The notes: generated by a model from the letters alone, not told the origin. DNA of 64,000 bases from Eledone cirrhosa (GCA_964016885.1 CAXHJY010001284.1:1-64000), one strand, 5' to 3'. Positions 26,791 to 40,199 are shown, counted from the stretch's first letter. A program made the numbers and translations.

Positions 26791-27157
26791 AGGGTATTCT
26801 ACCAAATGATCGGTGAAATAGCAACTGTGCACGAATGTGGTTCTTCAGTACTGACAAAACAATATTATTCAAAAGATGCTTGCAACATGACATGAAGATT
26901 AATCTAGCTCAGCCCCCCCCCCCCCAATTAGCTTGTGATCAGACACTCTAAGTTCTGCTACTGGTATACGAAGGTTGGCTGTAAAGTTCATAGGCAACAA
27001 CATCCTAATTTTCTTATCAACTAGAAACTTTCGGACTTTCGCACTTATCTCCCTTACGCCTCTCGCAGGCAATTTAGTATTGCTTGTGAGTAGTGACCGT
27101 TTCTGCGCATCACGTTCGTAGAGTTGTCCTTCCTGTTCTGTATAACCATGTCCATTA

Positions 27158-27195
27158 CGAGCTGAGGATCCGCTAAGGTGAAACAATTGTTCTCG
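27158..27195 (+). ncRNA. Minimal type I HHR, family G (element ~26900-27290)
   Basis: cgag CTGAGGA tcc-gctaa-ggt GAA ACAATTGT T ctcg; palindromic stem III; GUU site. Confidence 0.75.
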
Positions 27196-27328
27196 GTTGG
27201 TGAACTAACTGTTGTGTAACTTCTACCTAACTCGTCCCATGGACTGAGTGCTCTACCACTACGGATATTACCTTCCAGTGTTCTACCACTGTATATATAT
27301 ATGTATATGTATGTATGTATGTATATAT

Positions 27329-27448
27329 ATTAAAATAACAGATTAAAGTTTATGCAAAGAATCGCTGCTTTCACCCTAAACGGGATCTTCTGAAACTATA
27401 CCTATCGAGCCTTCTTTGGATTTTAGTCTTCACATTTATTATTATTAC
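27329..27448. mobile_element. Family A mini-insertion: inverted HHR end joined to the 3' tail
   Basis: 27329-27398 is the reverse complement of 37929-37997; 27405-27448 matches 38044-38090. Confidence 0.8.
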
Positions 27449-27452
27449 TAAT

Positions 27453-28570
<1,118 letters not shown>

Positions 28571-28594
28571 TATATATATATACATATATATATA

Positions 28595-28697
<103 letters not shown>

Positions 28698-28715
28698 ATA
28701 ATAATAATAGTAATA

Positions 28716-29203
28716 ATAATAAATTTGAAGACTAAAATCCAAAGAGGGCTCGATAAGGATAAATATATATCAAATATATAAGAACCGTAGAGAAAATATT
28801 TATTAAAATAACAGATTAAAGTTTAAGCAAAGAATCGCTGCTTTCACCCTTAACGGGATCTTCTGAAACTAACAAAGTCAATCTGTAAACGGAAAGTCGA
28901 TATTTCAAAAAAGGTTGCAACCGAAGGAAGACAGGAAGACGATACTTTGGTTCGTGGAAACGTTCCCTGGCAAAGAACGGGAAAAAACGAATATAATACG
29001 TATTATATTCGTTTTTTTCCCGTTCTTTGCCAGGGAACGTTTCCACGAACCAAAGTATCGTCTTCCTGTCTTCCTGCGGTTGCAACGTTTTTTGAAATAT
29101 CGACTTCTGCGTTTACAGATTGACTTTGTTAGTTTCAGAAGATCCCGTTAAGGGCGAAAGCAGCGATTCTTTGCTTAAACTTTAATCTGTTATTTTAATA
29201 AAT
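28716..29203. mobile_element. Family A zero-spacer fold-back (apex 28999/29000)
   Basis: ~200-bp arms around aatataatac|gtattatatt; the tail is present only on the left. Confidence 0.9.
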
Positions 29204-29205
29204 AA

Positions 29206-29251
<46 letters not shown>

Positions 29252-29253
<2 letters not shown>

Positions 29254-29630
29254 CGAAGGAAATGTGGTAAGGAACCAGGTGGACCATAACGCACCAAAGT
29301 ACTCAATACTTAGGGTAGTAGAGTGGGTAATAGGAACGAGTAGAACCCCGACGGCTAATTCTGGACTAAAACATTTTAGTCCAGAATTAGCCGTCGAAAC
29401 GGCTTGAGCTCAGCCGTCGGGGTCCTACTCGTTCCTATTACCCACTGTACTACCCTAAGTATTGAGTACTTTGGTGCGTTATGGTCCACCTGGTTCCTTA
29501 CCACATTTCCTTCGTTATATATATATGAGCTCAAGCCGTTTCGACGGCTAATTCTGGACTAAAACATTTTAGTCCAGAATTAGCCGTCGAAACGGCTTGA
29601 GCTCAGCCGTCGGGGTCCTACTCGTTCCTA
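29252..29630. mobile_element. Family F: two adjacent fold-backs sharing the apex aaaa-ca-tttt
   Basis: 29252-29516 is an inverted repeat whose left arm has a deletion between cgacggct repeats; a second hairpin spans 29526-29630. Confidence 0.8.
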
Positions 29631-29631
29631 T

Positions 29632-29672
<41 letters not shown>

Positions 29673-29674
<2 letters not shown>

Positions 29675-29875
29675 ACGTCGCACGCTTATAATATCTGCCT
29701 GTCTGCATTGACTTCGCAGTATCTTTGCACCGAATTAATTAAAAGTTGGTTAGAAGCGAAGTCAATGCAGACTGGCAGATATTATAAGCGTGCGACGTTA
29801 TAGCTATGTATCTAATGCAGACAGCCATACATACAGAGACATATTATAAGGGCGCGACGTTATAGCTATGTATCT
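29673..29875. repeat. Small fold-back element (~45-bp arms) with duplicated right end
   Basis: taacgtcgcacgcttataatatctgcc...ggcagatattataagcgtgcgacgtta. Loop aaaagttggttagaagcgaa resembles family E at ~43159-43179. Confidence 0.7.
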
Positions 29876-29879
29876 ATCT

Positions 29880-30132
29880 AAAAAGACAGAGTAAGAAAGA
29901 GATAGGAATGTCGTATAACCGGAAGTGTTGACATTTGAAAATTTTAAAGAAGTGAATATTTTAATAAACGATAAAATATCTTTAATCTTTTAACGAAATT
30001 TAGAAGACAAAAATACCCTCACTTTTTTACTTGGAAAAAGTGACATCTATGGTGCAAATTTCGTGCTGTTTGGTCCAGCCGTTTGGCGAAAAGTTTGTTA
30101 GATACATACGGCCGTCAGCTTTATAATATAGA
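29880..30132 (-). mobile_element. 5' part of a non-autonomous Helitron-like element
   Basis: Minus strand begins a|TCTATATTATAAAgctg..gtatgtatct..aaacggctggaccaaac..aaatttgcac, the same layout as 39567. Confidence 0.55.
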
Positions 30133-30166
30133 TATACATATGATACTAACAAGGTTATAAAAGTAA

Positions 30167-30247
<81 letters not shown>

Positions 30248-30275
30248 GTGGTTACACAACAGTTAGTTCACCATA

Positions 30276-30315
30276 CCGAGAACAATTGTTTCACCTTAGC
30301 GGATCCTCAGCTCGG
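30276..30315 (-). ncRNA. Minimal type I HHR, family G (94-bp island 30247-30340 in (TA)n)
   Basis: ccgag CTGAGGA tccgctaaggt GAA ACAATTGT T ctcgg; 5-bp stem I. Confidence 0.78.
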
Positions 30316-30370
30316 AATGGGCATGGTTATAGGAACAGGAATATATATATATATACATATATATATATAC

Positions 30371-30469
<99 letters not shown>

Positions 30470-30470
30470 C

Positions 30471-30517
<47 letters not shown>

Positions 30518-30634
30518 ATATCATGTTATATATATATATATTGTATATTATTTTTGTTTTGTTCTTTTGACACTTTTTCTGTCAATATTTCTTTCTGCCT
30601 CTCCGAATTCTGATTACTCCTCCTCTCAATATTC

Positions 30635-30960
30635 GCATACATACACATGCATAGATACATACATACACACACACATAGATACATACACACGCATACATAG
30701 ATACATACACAGACATACATCGATACATGCATACACATACATACATAGATTCATACATACACACACATACATAGATACATACACATACATACATAGATTC
30801 ATACATACACATACATACATACACACCTACATACATAGATACGTACATATACATAGATACATACACACACACACATAGATACATGTACACACATACATAC
30901 ATACATACATACATACATACATACATACATACATACATACATACATACATACACACACTT
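30635..30960. repeat. Mixed (CATA)/(AGAT)/(CA) microsatellite
   Basis: Direct. Confidence 0.9.
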
Positions 30961-31118
30961 ATATACATACGTATATACATATGTGTGGATGAGTGTGTAT
31001 GTGTTTGTTTATTTGTGTGTGGTTTAATGTATATCTACTCTCATATATATATGAATGAAACTGTAAAAGGACGTGTATATGCATATATACATATATATAC
31101 ATACATACATACATACAC

Positions 31119-31154
<36 letters not shown>

Positions 31155-31286
31155 CTGTGTATATATATATATGTATGTGTGTGTGTGTAAATCCCTTCCT
31201 CTAAACACCGACTCTTTATCCCTTTTGGTTTCAATCTCTCATTTTCTTTATTCTCTCTTTCCGTTTCATTCTTTCTTGCTCTCTTT

Positions 31287-31352
<66 letters not shown>

Positions 31353-33254
31353 GCCTCTCTCATTCTGTCCTTCTCCAATCGATACTGTGTCATTCGATAA
31401 CCGACCAGATCGATACACTGTTACAACAGTTGTGCATCATTAATTTCCGGCGTCTGTTCCGGTTTGTTGGCGCCTGTTATTTGTGACTGGTTGGTGATGC
31501 GGTTGTAGTCTGGTGTGGTTATGGCTGCAGTCTATTATGTTGTAGCTATGGTAGTAGTCGATATAGTTGTGCAATTCAGTCTTGTAGCTATGGATTTAGT
31601 TGTTGTTGTTGTTGTTGTTGTTGTATCAAATATTTAGTATACATAGGTTGTAGCTTATGGTACAATAGTGTGGTGTGATGTGGTCACTGCTGGTGAATTT
31701 TTGTATAGTGTAGTGTTATTGTTGTTGTTTAATTCCAGGTCGGCCATGTTTTAACAAGTGTATGCTCAAATTCACGTCCGCTGCCATTGGGATACCTATT
31801 ATTCAAACACTGTAACTAAAACTACATTATCCAAAGTGTACTACATTTTTTTAAGTAGTAGGCTTTTATTTGAGAAAGATTTGGCTGCTATTTCTTGCAA
31901 CACAAATAACTTCGTTGACTTCTTAATGCAGTGTGAAGCCACAATGCAATATGGTACGTTTCCTTGTGGTCGCCATTTTGTGTGCTTCGGGACTGTTTAC
32001 TGTAGCTTTGTGCAACGCAGTTGTACCATTGTGCCATTAGTAATTAGGTTGCGATAGGGTGTGCTGTGTGGTTCGGAATGATTTCATTCTGATGTAGTCC
32101 TCTATAATGGAGACGTTTCCATGATTGTAGAATAAGTAATACGACACTGTGGTATTTCATTGCTGCTATTGTCTACTGAGTATCGTACGGTTTGTGAATC
32201 AGTACAATATTATGTGGTGTGGAGTGGTTGAGGCTGATGTTGATGTTGTAGTGTGGTGTGGTTTGGTGTTGAGTGGTGTGGTATTGTATGGTGTGGCGTA
32301 GTTGAATCTGTTATGTTATGTAGTGTTGTGTGATACTCCCTTTTTTTTAGGATGTTAGTCTGTGATTTAAAGGAATCGTATCTGCTATTTCTAGAGAGTC
32401 GTGCAAGCACGTAGAGATATCTTCATTGCTTGGCATGATGTTACATTACTTAGACCAGTTCTGGTATAGAATGGCGTATATTTTGGGCAATGACCTGTAG
32501 CAGTACAGAATTATGTTGTCTCTGAACTTTGTCTAGTAAGATATGAACCAATGTGGCTGTTACTGTGATATATTACTCTTAGTACATTGTAGTTACTGCC
32601 ATAGTTATAGTGTATGTTGTAAAACTAAACGTGTATTTTGTTCCGAGAGGTCCTTTACTAATCAGTAATTGGCGTGAAGCAGATAAGATATATAATTTTG
32701 TCTCATGCTTACAGTTGAAGTCTATTACGTAAAATGATTAGATGGTGTGTAACTCCCACCGTGAAGTATCTGCCCTGAAGCAATATAGTGGGAAGATTTC
32801 TACCAAATGAAACATTCATAATGGATGTGACCTGAAGAGTATTCAGTTTCGAACCTTATCTATTCAGTCACCTCATTTCTACTCTTTTAGTAATATTTTG
32901 ATTATAAAACGGTGTCTATGTAATGAAACAGAAGAAACAGTGGTTCTTGCAGTTTCGCATCAATTCCGCCCTCATCATGCAGCCCTATAATTAAAGTCAT
33001 TCTAGTTGTAACCACCCCTATATACACACAATAATTATGTAACGTTGTCTCCGGTCAGTAATATCCAGCAGTCGCTATAACATCATCAAGCAGTAGACAC
33101 AAAACGGCTAGCGTTACCATTGCAATGGAAGTGTTTAATAGAAGTAATTTTTGTACATTATTCGAAAACATTCAAACGTACATTTAGTAATTCAGATCTG
33201 AGAGGCAAACTATACTACATACTCTACACATGGAAGCCAAACATCAAACATTGT

Positions 33255-33435
33255 ATTAAACATGAAACCTTTTGAAACACGCCCAACGCCACAAGTTTTC
33301 CGAGAAGCATTAAAAAACAGAAATTCCCGGCCTTTCAAATTTAGTAGTTATATATCTAATTATTTAATTAGTTAAGTTCTTGTTAGTTCATTTATTACGA
33401 GACTTAAATTAAATATGTATACTATATATATATAT

Positions 33436-33491
<56 letters not shown>

Positions 33492-33839
33492 AAAAGGTAA
33501 ATAACAACAAAATCGGTAGAGTATATAGAAGAGATATATTAGGTTAACGCTTGATATAGCGGGAAGAGGGTCTTAACGTTTCGGACGCTAGACCTTCATC
33601 AGAAGAAAGAATGAGAAATAAGATAGATTGAGGGGACGGGCGGGTTGGAATTGGAAAAAATGTCTTTAGATAAAAATAACAGGTCCATTCATGTTGACAT
33701 CTCTTGCAAAACTGTTGCTGATGGCGTTTTATTCGTTGGATTTTCTAATTGGATTTTCACCCCGAAACTGGATACCAACCCGGAGTACACCTGAACTTCT
33801 ACCAGGAAATCTTTCCTATCATTGAAATTTTCTTTGCTT

Positions 33840-33880
<41 letters not shown>

Positions 33881-33956
33881 GAATATAACACAAATAATTT
33901 TTTTCTTTCCATATGTAGATATATTTATTATTTAGAATAACTACTTAAGTGTTTCA

Positions 33957-33958
<2 letters not shown>
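33255..33958. repeat. Dispersed repeat, copy 1, interrupted by a (TA)n-flanked insert at ~33424-33877
   Basis: Collinear with 50010-50269 on both sides of the insert. Confidence 0.85.
33571..33606 (-). ncRNA. Minimal type I HHR, family K, inside insert 33492-33841
   Basis: tctt CTGATGA a ggtc-tagc-gtcc GAA ACGT T aaga; one mismatch in stem II. Confidence 0.7.
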
Positions 33959-34050
<92 letters not shown>

Positions 34051-34159
34051 CAAATAAATAAATAAATTATTATATAAATAAATACATATATAGATACATA
34101 CATACACACACACATACATACATAAATACATACATACATATTATTTTTTGGGGACCACA

Positions 34160-34312
34160 CATTAAATTATGTAGAAGTCAGCTGCTCATTTGATGTCAAT
34201 GTAACAAGAAAAATACAAGAGAAGGAGGATATCTAGGGACCATTGATGAGAGCTTGTAGATCCAGTGTCCAAGATACACGTTCAGCTTCATACCTATTAT
34301 TATTGGAGCTAC
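34160..34312 (+). pseudogene. RLE fragment of an R4/Dong LINE
   Basis: VEVSCSFDVNVTRKIQEKEDI*GPLMRA and FSFIPIIIGA, similar to the 8113 ORF. Confidence 0.7.
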
Positions 34313-34314
34313 AG

Positions 34315-34502
34315 GTGGTGGAGTGCCAGTATCGGTAGATGGTCTGACACCATGCTTTGCAGCAAAGAGTTACGGCCCTTTATGGCTTGAGTTCAAATCC
34401 CGCCGAGGTTAACTTTGCCATTTAATCCCTACGGGTTCGATAAAATAAAGTATCAGTAATACACTGGGATAATTGCTGGCCTTGTGCCAAAAGTAGAAAC
34501 AA
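34315..34502 (+). mobile_element. tRNA-derived SINE
   Basis: Family match on the + strand. Confidence 0.9.
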
Positions 34503-34509
34503 GTTTGCC

Positions 34510-34714
34510 TGAAAAGTTGAAAGGCTGAAGGGTTCATAGGCTGACCAAGATACTCTCATGGAATGACTAAATGAGGTTTATTTTTCAACATAGTCTCTGG
34601 AAAGAAGCAATGCAGTTATTAATAAGAAGGGATGAAATTAATGCATGCAAGATTTCACAGCCCTAGCATCACTCTTTCGTAGTCAGCCTATGAACTTTTC
34701 CGCCGACCCTCGTA
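34510..34714. mobile_element. mariner-derived MITE remnant
   Basis: gttcataggctgac / gtcagcctatgaac inverted pair; right end ccctcgTA resembles the mariner TIR at 63524. Confidence 0.65.
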
Positions 34715-34738
34715 CATACATACATATATACATACATA

Positions 34739-34840
<102 letters not shown>

Positions 34841-35269
34841 TGTGTGTGCGTGTGTGTGCATGTGTGTATGTCGAGAAACAACTAAAACGTAAACAAATGT
34901 ATAAAAGAATTATATGTAAAAATAAAAATGTGATTGAATCTGGCGGATGACTGAAGATAAATCTTCGGGTTACGACGGAGTGGTTTCCGGACGGACGAAA
35001 TACTGACGAAACGAAGATGTCACATACAATCAAGAATTTCACAGAGATAAGCAGGCAGATATGCAATTATGCACCGAATATATCATTGCTGCTAGAAATG
35101 TATGTGTAATGACATATGCACTTGAAAAGTATGGCTGTGATATAAAGTTTTGTTGATATAAAGTTTTAAGATCAAGCGCACGGTTCATGAGCTAAAAATA
35201 TGCTTGAGGTTTTGAACAGTTCGCGTGAGCTCCTGCATATAAATATTTCTATTTATCTATATATTTGTT

Positions 35270-35314
<45 letters not shown>

Positions 35315-35341
35315 CTCTCTGTATATATATATATATATATT

Positions 35342-36476
35342 AGAAAGTGAGGTATTTTTTACAAAATGAAAAATAACCGAGGTGTCCTACACGAGTGAAA
35401 GTATAAAGAAAAAAAGATGAAATCGAAAATGCAACTGGAGCCTTATTTAAAAAAAAATATATATATTTATTTGGTTCCTTTACCGGTTTCGCAGTTCTTC
35501 TGCTTTTCAAAAGTAGAGTTGAGATGGAGGGTCTGTGGTTTTTCTCACATATGGTTGGTCTCTGAATGTTACTTGTTTTATATGGAAAAAGTGGCTCGAA
35601 ATGCCTGGTTTTTCGAGAAGTAATTTGATTGGTTGGTCAATAATTATGATAAATTTCGCGCCATTCGCGTTACAAAGTTCTTCAAACAAGGGGGGGGGGG
35701 GGTCACAGGTTGTTTTTTTCATATATGAGTGTTTGAATTTCTTTTTACTTAAAAAAAGGGGGCTCACGAAGGCTTTTTTTTTAATAAACGTAATTTTATT
35801 GGTTATAAATGAAATTATGGCTGTCACGTGAACAAGTTTTCATTAAATTTTCGCGCCCTTATTTGGAAATCCATTCTGTAGCCTTTTTAGAGAATTTTAT
35901 ATAAGTAAAAGATAATGGTCAAGAGAAATGGGATGGGAGAATTGTTCTGGTTCAGTGAATATGGTTAGTTCGCTGGGGTGTCAGAATTCAGATTTTCTAT
36001 TGAATAAAGAAAGTAAAGATATGTATGTTTATTTGTGTGCTTGTGTGTGTGTGTGCGTGCGTGTGTGTGTGTTTGAATTTCTTTTTACTTAAATTTTACT
36101 TTTTAAGTAAAAAGAAATTCAAACACTCATATATGAAAAAAGAAATTCAAACACTCATATATGAAAAAACAACCTGTGACCCCCCCCCCCCCCTTGTTTG
36201 AAGAACTTTGTAACGCGAACTGGCGCGAAATTTATTATAATTATTGACCAACCAATCAAATTACTTCTCGAAAAACCAGGCATTTCGAGCCACTTTTTCC
36301 ATATAAAACAAGTAACATTCAGAGACCAACCAGATGTGAGAAAAACCACAGACCCTCCATCTCAACTCTACTTTTGAAAAGCAGAAGAACTGCGAAATCG
36401 GTAAAGGAACCAAATAAATATATATATATTTTTTTAAATAAGACTCCAGTTGCATTTTCGATCTCATCTTTTTTTC

Positions 36477-36478
<2 letters not shown>
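35342..36478. mobile_element. PLE-type family D: ~350-bp inverted arms, spacer and ~65-bp tail
   Basis: 35407-35756 versus ~36105-36477. The spacer reads LFNRKSEF on the minus strand near 36008, like the LNKKSE end of the GIY-YIG ORF. Confidence 0.85.
35476..35515 (-). ncRNA. Minimal HHR with U3-A8 compensatory core (second copy 36369-36408, +)
   Basis: tactt TTGAAAA GCAG-aagaa-CTGC GAA ACCGGT A aagga. Confidence 0.72.
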
Positions 36479-36511
<33 letters not shown>

Positions 36512-36570
36512 TTATTTATTAAAATAACAGATTAAAGTTTAAGCAAAGAGTCGCTGCTTTCACCCTTAAC

Positions 36571-37002
36571 TGTAATTGTAGGAATCGGGCTGATTGCCCC
36601 CTATCCGGGAATTGCCTCTCTAGTAACATTGTCTACAAATGTAAGGTTGTAACACCCACGTCCCGTAGGGCCTACATAGGGTTAACCGCCAATAGTTTCA
36701 AGCAGCGTCTTTACATGCATACCCATTCTTTTCGTTACCCTCTAAGAAGGAATATGACGTCACTTTCAGCTTATATCTGGAGTCTAAAAGACAACCACAC
36801 CCAATATAAGTTACACTGGGAGATCCTAGCTAGGGCTAGATCGTATAACGGAAATAAAAGACCATGTGACCTCTGCGCCGCTGAGGCCCTGGAAATACTC
36901 TACGCTACAGACCACATCTTAAACAAAAAATCTGAGGCTTGTAAACATAAATTGCACAAAACTTTCCTGTATTACAGCCCCACGTTATACCCTAACGGAT
37001 AG
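36571..37002 (+). pseudogene. C-terminal GIY-YIG endonuclease of a PLE (5' truncated, frame open)
   Basis: Extending ORF 36715 upstream in frame gives CNCRNRADCPLSGNCLSSNIVYKCKV..RAYIGLTANSFKQRLYMH..SF..TSLSAYIWSLK..W.I..C.LC..E..LNKKSE..CKH. Clade unresolved (Nematis-like is a guess). Confidence 0.9.
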
Positions 37003-37929
37003 CACGATCTATACGTGGATATTTTACGTCTTGATGTGGAGCTAAGTATATGTTTTGTTTATTCCTTTACTTATTTGCATAGGTAAGTATATATTACCCG
37101 TATGTTTTGTGAAGGTGTGTATAGCTTCTCGTACGTATATTTGACTGTTATAGCGTATAATTTCTACATATTCTGGTATTTAGGGTTTGGCTATGTGTAT
37201 ACGGGAGTTTTGCGTCCGCGTGAGTGTGCAGGTTCGTACGTATGGTGGGTGGGTGTATATGTGTACTTCTTGTTTTAGTTGACTTACGTCTCCGAACATT
37301 CGTGTATTTATATGTAGGTATGCGTGTGCGCTTGTTATATACGTATTTATTTACTTATATACGTTTATATAATTATTTATTTATTTGTACACAAGCATAC
37401 ACACACACACATATTTATATGTGCGTGGTTTTGTATACCCATGGTAAGGTTTTGCGTATGCTTGTGTATGTACGTATCTGTTTGCGTGTATGTATTTATT
37501 TGTTTCTATTACTTCTGTATTGTATTTATTTACTTTGTTCTTAACCCTGTAGCGGAGATTCATTTGGTCTCCTAGTTAGAATTTTAGTCTACGATTTCTG
37601 CTATACCATTTACGTGGTTTTGTCTTTGCGTGCTATTGTTCTCCACGCTCCACATATGACTTATTATCTTCGTTTTTTCGTTCATTGCCGGAGAACGTCT
37701 CTATGCACCACCTAAGAGAATATTAGTCTACGACCTCTTTTATACCATAAACGTGGTTTTGTCTTTGCGCGTAATTGTTTTTCACCGCTCCTTTTAATGA
37801 CGTATTATTCGTTTTTTCCCGTTCTTTGCCAGCGAACGTTACCACGAACCAAAGTATCGTCTTCCTGTCTTCCTCCGGTTGCAACGTTTTTTGAAATATC
37901 CAGTTCTGCGTTTACAGATTGACTTTGTT

Positions 37930-37980
37930 AGTTTCAGAAGATCCCGTTAAGGGTGAAAGCAGCGATTCTTTGCTTAAACT
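37930..37980 (+). ncRNA. HHR fold with variant core CAGAAGA (family A)
   Basis: agttt CAGAAGA tccc-gttaa-gggt GAA AGCA-gcgattctt-TGCT T aaact. Also at 29131-29181 and 46621-46671 (+), and 27347-27397, 28820-28870, 41343-41393, 45448-45498 (-). Confidence 0.65.
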
Positions 37981-38086
37981 TTAATCTGTTATTTTAATAA
38001 ATATTTGCTCTACGGTTCTTATATATTTGATATATATTTTCCTTATCGAGCCCTCTTTGGATTTTAGTCTTCAATTTTATTATTAT

Positions 38087-38137
<51 letters not shown>

Positions 38138-39566
38138 GTGACCCGTCTGTTTCTTTCTTACTGCTTCCCCTTTCTCTGTATCTCTCACTTTCTTTTTACC
38201 CCCTCTGCCAGTCACTCTCTTAGTTAGCCTCTTCCCCACACTTTCACTCACTCACTCTCTGCTACTCCCTCTCCATCACTTCCTCCCGTTTAACCTGTGT
38301 GAAATCCTTTTCTCGCTCACATTTCACCCAGGTTGGATGGTCTTTATCTCTCGTCTACGATTTCACAGAACTTAAGTTCATCGATTTCAGGGACTTGACG
38401 CCCTCTTCCTCACTTTTCGTTGCATTACCATCTTTGTTTGTTTACATGTCTCGCTCGTTTCACCCTATTTTACGTGTCCCAGCGACTTTCTTTAGCTGTT
38501 GCTCGCACCAACCAGAGGTATATGATCTTTAAAGCGATGAAATACCAACGAAGGCTGGAAGATCACTGATGAAGGACTAATTTTATTCATATGTAACCCA
38601 TTTGCAACCACGCAGCACGCCATTTTTACATATATATATATAGGTGTGTTTTTTTAATCAAGCAAGCCAAAACACACCAGATTCTTCCCATTGCCAATGG
38701 ACCACACCAGACCCTCTTTCTCCGGAGCAAAGGTTGGAGAGACTTAACCCGAAGTTCTATTCCGAGGGTATGTGCCTAGGATAAAATTAAGGATAGAAAG
38801 AAAAAGAGGTCTGTGATATCAAGATCAAACAGTCAGTTATTAGAATCGTAAGGCAAATACAGTGATGATGGAGAATACAACGCTAAAAAGGAACATTAAA
38901 GGACCATGAGCAGGTGAAAAAATATGCATCTACTTGGAATGAGGGCTGTGAAGAGAGAGTGTGGAATATTTCCTAGTGTCAGACCAGGTCAGACCAGACG
39001 GATGGCTATGGGGAGGAGTGTGAAGAGGTGATTGAGATGAAATTATATCCCCATCCCCAACCAAACAAAACTAGAAGGACTTTGAAGTTTCCTTGAATGG
39101 TCAAATCAGAAAAGGTGACCGACATTCCTAGCCGTTTTTAGTTCGAGGACTACCAGCAAATATGTGTGGTGACATATAAAACAATACACAAAAATATCTA
39201 TTCAGTGGTCAAACTCATCGCCACCCCTCAGAAGATTTTATTAACGGATGCTGGGGGCGTTAGAGATGTCCTCTTTTCTCCCTCCTCTGTGTGGACCCTA
39301 GAACCATTACTGACGAAGATGACAACTGTAAACCAATACTTGACCTTCATGTCGAACTTGAAACAGGTTAAACTGCGTGGGAGAATAGAGCTCTAAATGA
39401 AATATTTGCAAATGAAACAAAATCTTCAAGCTACAATTGTCGTAAAATCCTTAGAAATCAAAATTCTCACGTTGATAATTTAAAATATATTGTGATTTCT
39501 CACGTGATACCGTACTCACGAGAATTGCCAAGGTATTTAGGTGATCTTAACCCGGTTCCTTGAATA

Positions 39567-40199
39567 TCTATATATATAAAACTGGGGATGTCTGTGTGTG
39601 TGTGTGCGTCTGTGAGTTTGAATCCCTAAAACTCGAGAAGTACCCAACCGATTTTTTCAAACATTACATGTGTATTACTTATGTTTCAGGGAGTGTTATG
39701 CACATAAAAACCACGACGTTTTCATCCCCTAGGGCCCACATAAGGTGAAAAACTGCGTTTTTGTTCAGCGTTTTATGGGGGGTTTTTAGGCGTTACGCCA
39801 GACCAATTTCCTTGAAATTGTAGCTATGTATTAGTCAGTCTCTTCTTCATACAGTGAGCAAAGAAAATAAAACTTTTTTATGGCCTAGGTCCCGCATTAG
39901 GTGAACAACTTCATTTTTTCATCTTTTTAGGGCTTTTTTGAGGCGTTACGTGTAACCGATTTTCCTGAAGTTTCAAGGCATATTATGCACATAAAAAAAA
40001 TTCATTTTCTTGATCCCCTAGTGCCGGAATTAGGTGAAAACCAGCATTTTTCCTGCTTCATCGAGGAACATCTTAAAGATTATCCAGCCATCAGAGTATT
40101 CGGTTTATTTTCTTTACAGTTGTCCAGGCATGCAGTTTTTCCACGATAAGGTCTGTTGGCGGCCCACGTTCCAAAATACTACTAGTATACCACTGCTAG
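39567..40199 (+). mobile_element. Non-autonomous Helitron
   Basis: A|TCTATATATATAAAA start, (GT) tract, three internal ccta..taaggtgaa subrepeats, short hairpin atact-act-agtat, CTAG|T end; no TSD. Confidence 0.75.

Larger units (their letters stand above)
36515..38090 (+). mobile_element. 5'-truncated Penelope-like element, family A: short inverted arm, EN end, ~1-kb 3' region, HHR and tail
   Basis: Inverted arm 36515-36570; GIY-YIG; HHR-like fold 37930-37980; ~95-bp tail; (TA)n on both sides. Confidence 0.92.

Noticed and set aside
26443-26895. 150-aa ORF with signal-like start and YNASG repeats
   Set aside because: Built from a CT-rich tract, (AGT)n and the 15-bp minisatellite; no independent coding evidence.
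34945-35030. ctgaaga...gaaacgaagatgtc possible HHR
   Set aside because: Stem I and II pairing is unconvincing; at best decayed.
38560-38590. ctgatgaaggactaa, 5' half of a family K HHR
   Set aside because: No GAAA half follows.
38820-39030. Possible RTE LINE remnants (also 57180-57400, WSGVLYGSEKW)
   Set aside because: Too decayed to delimit without alignment.
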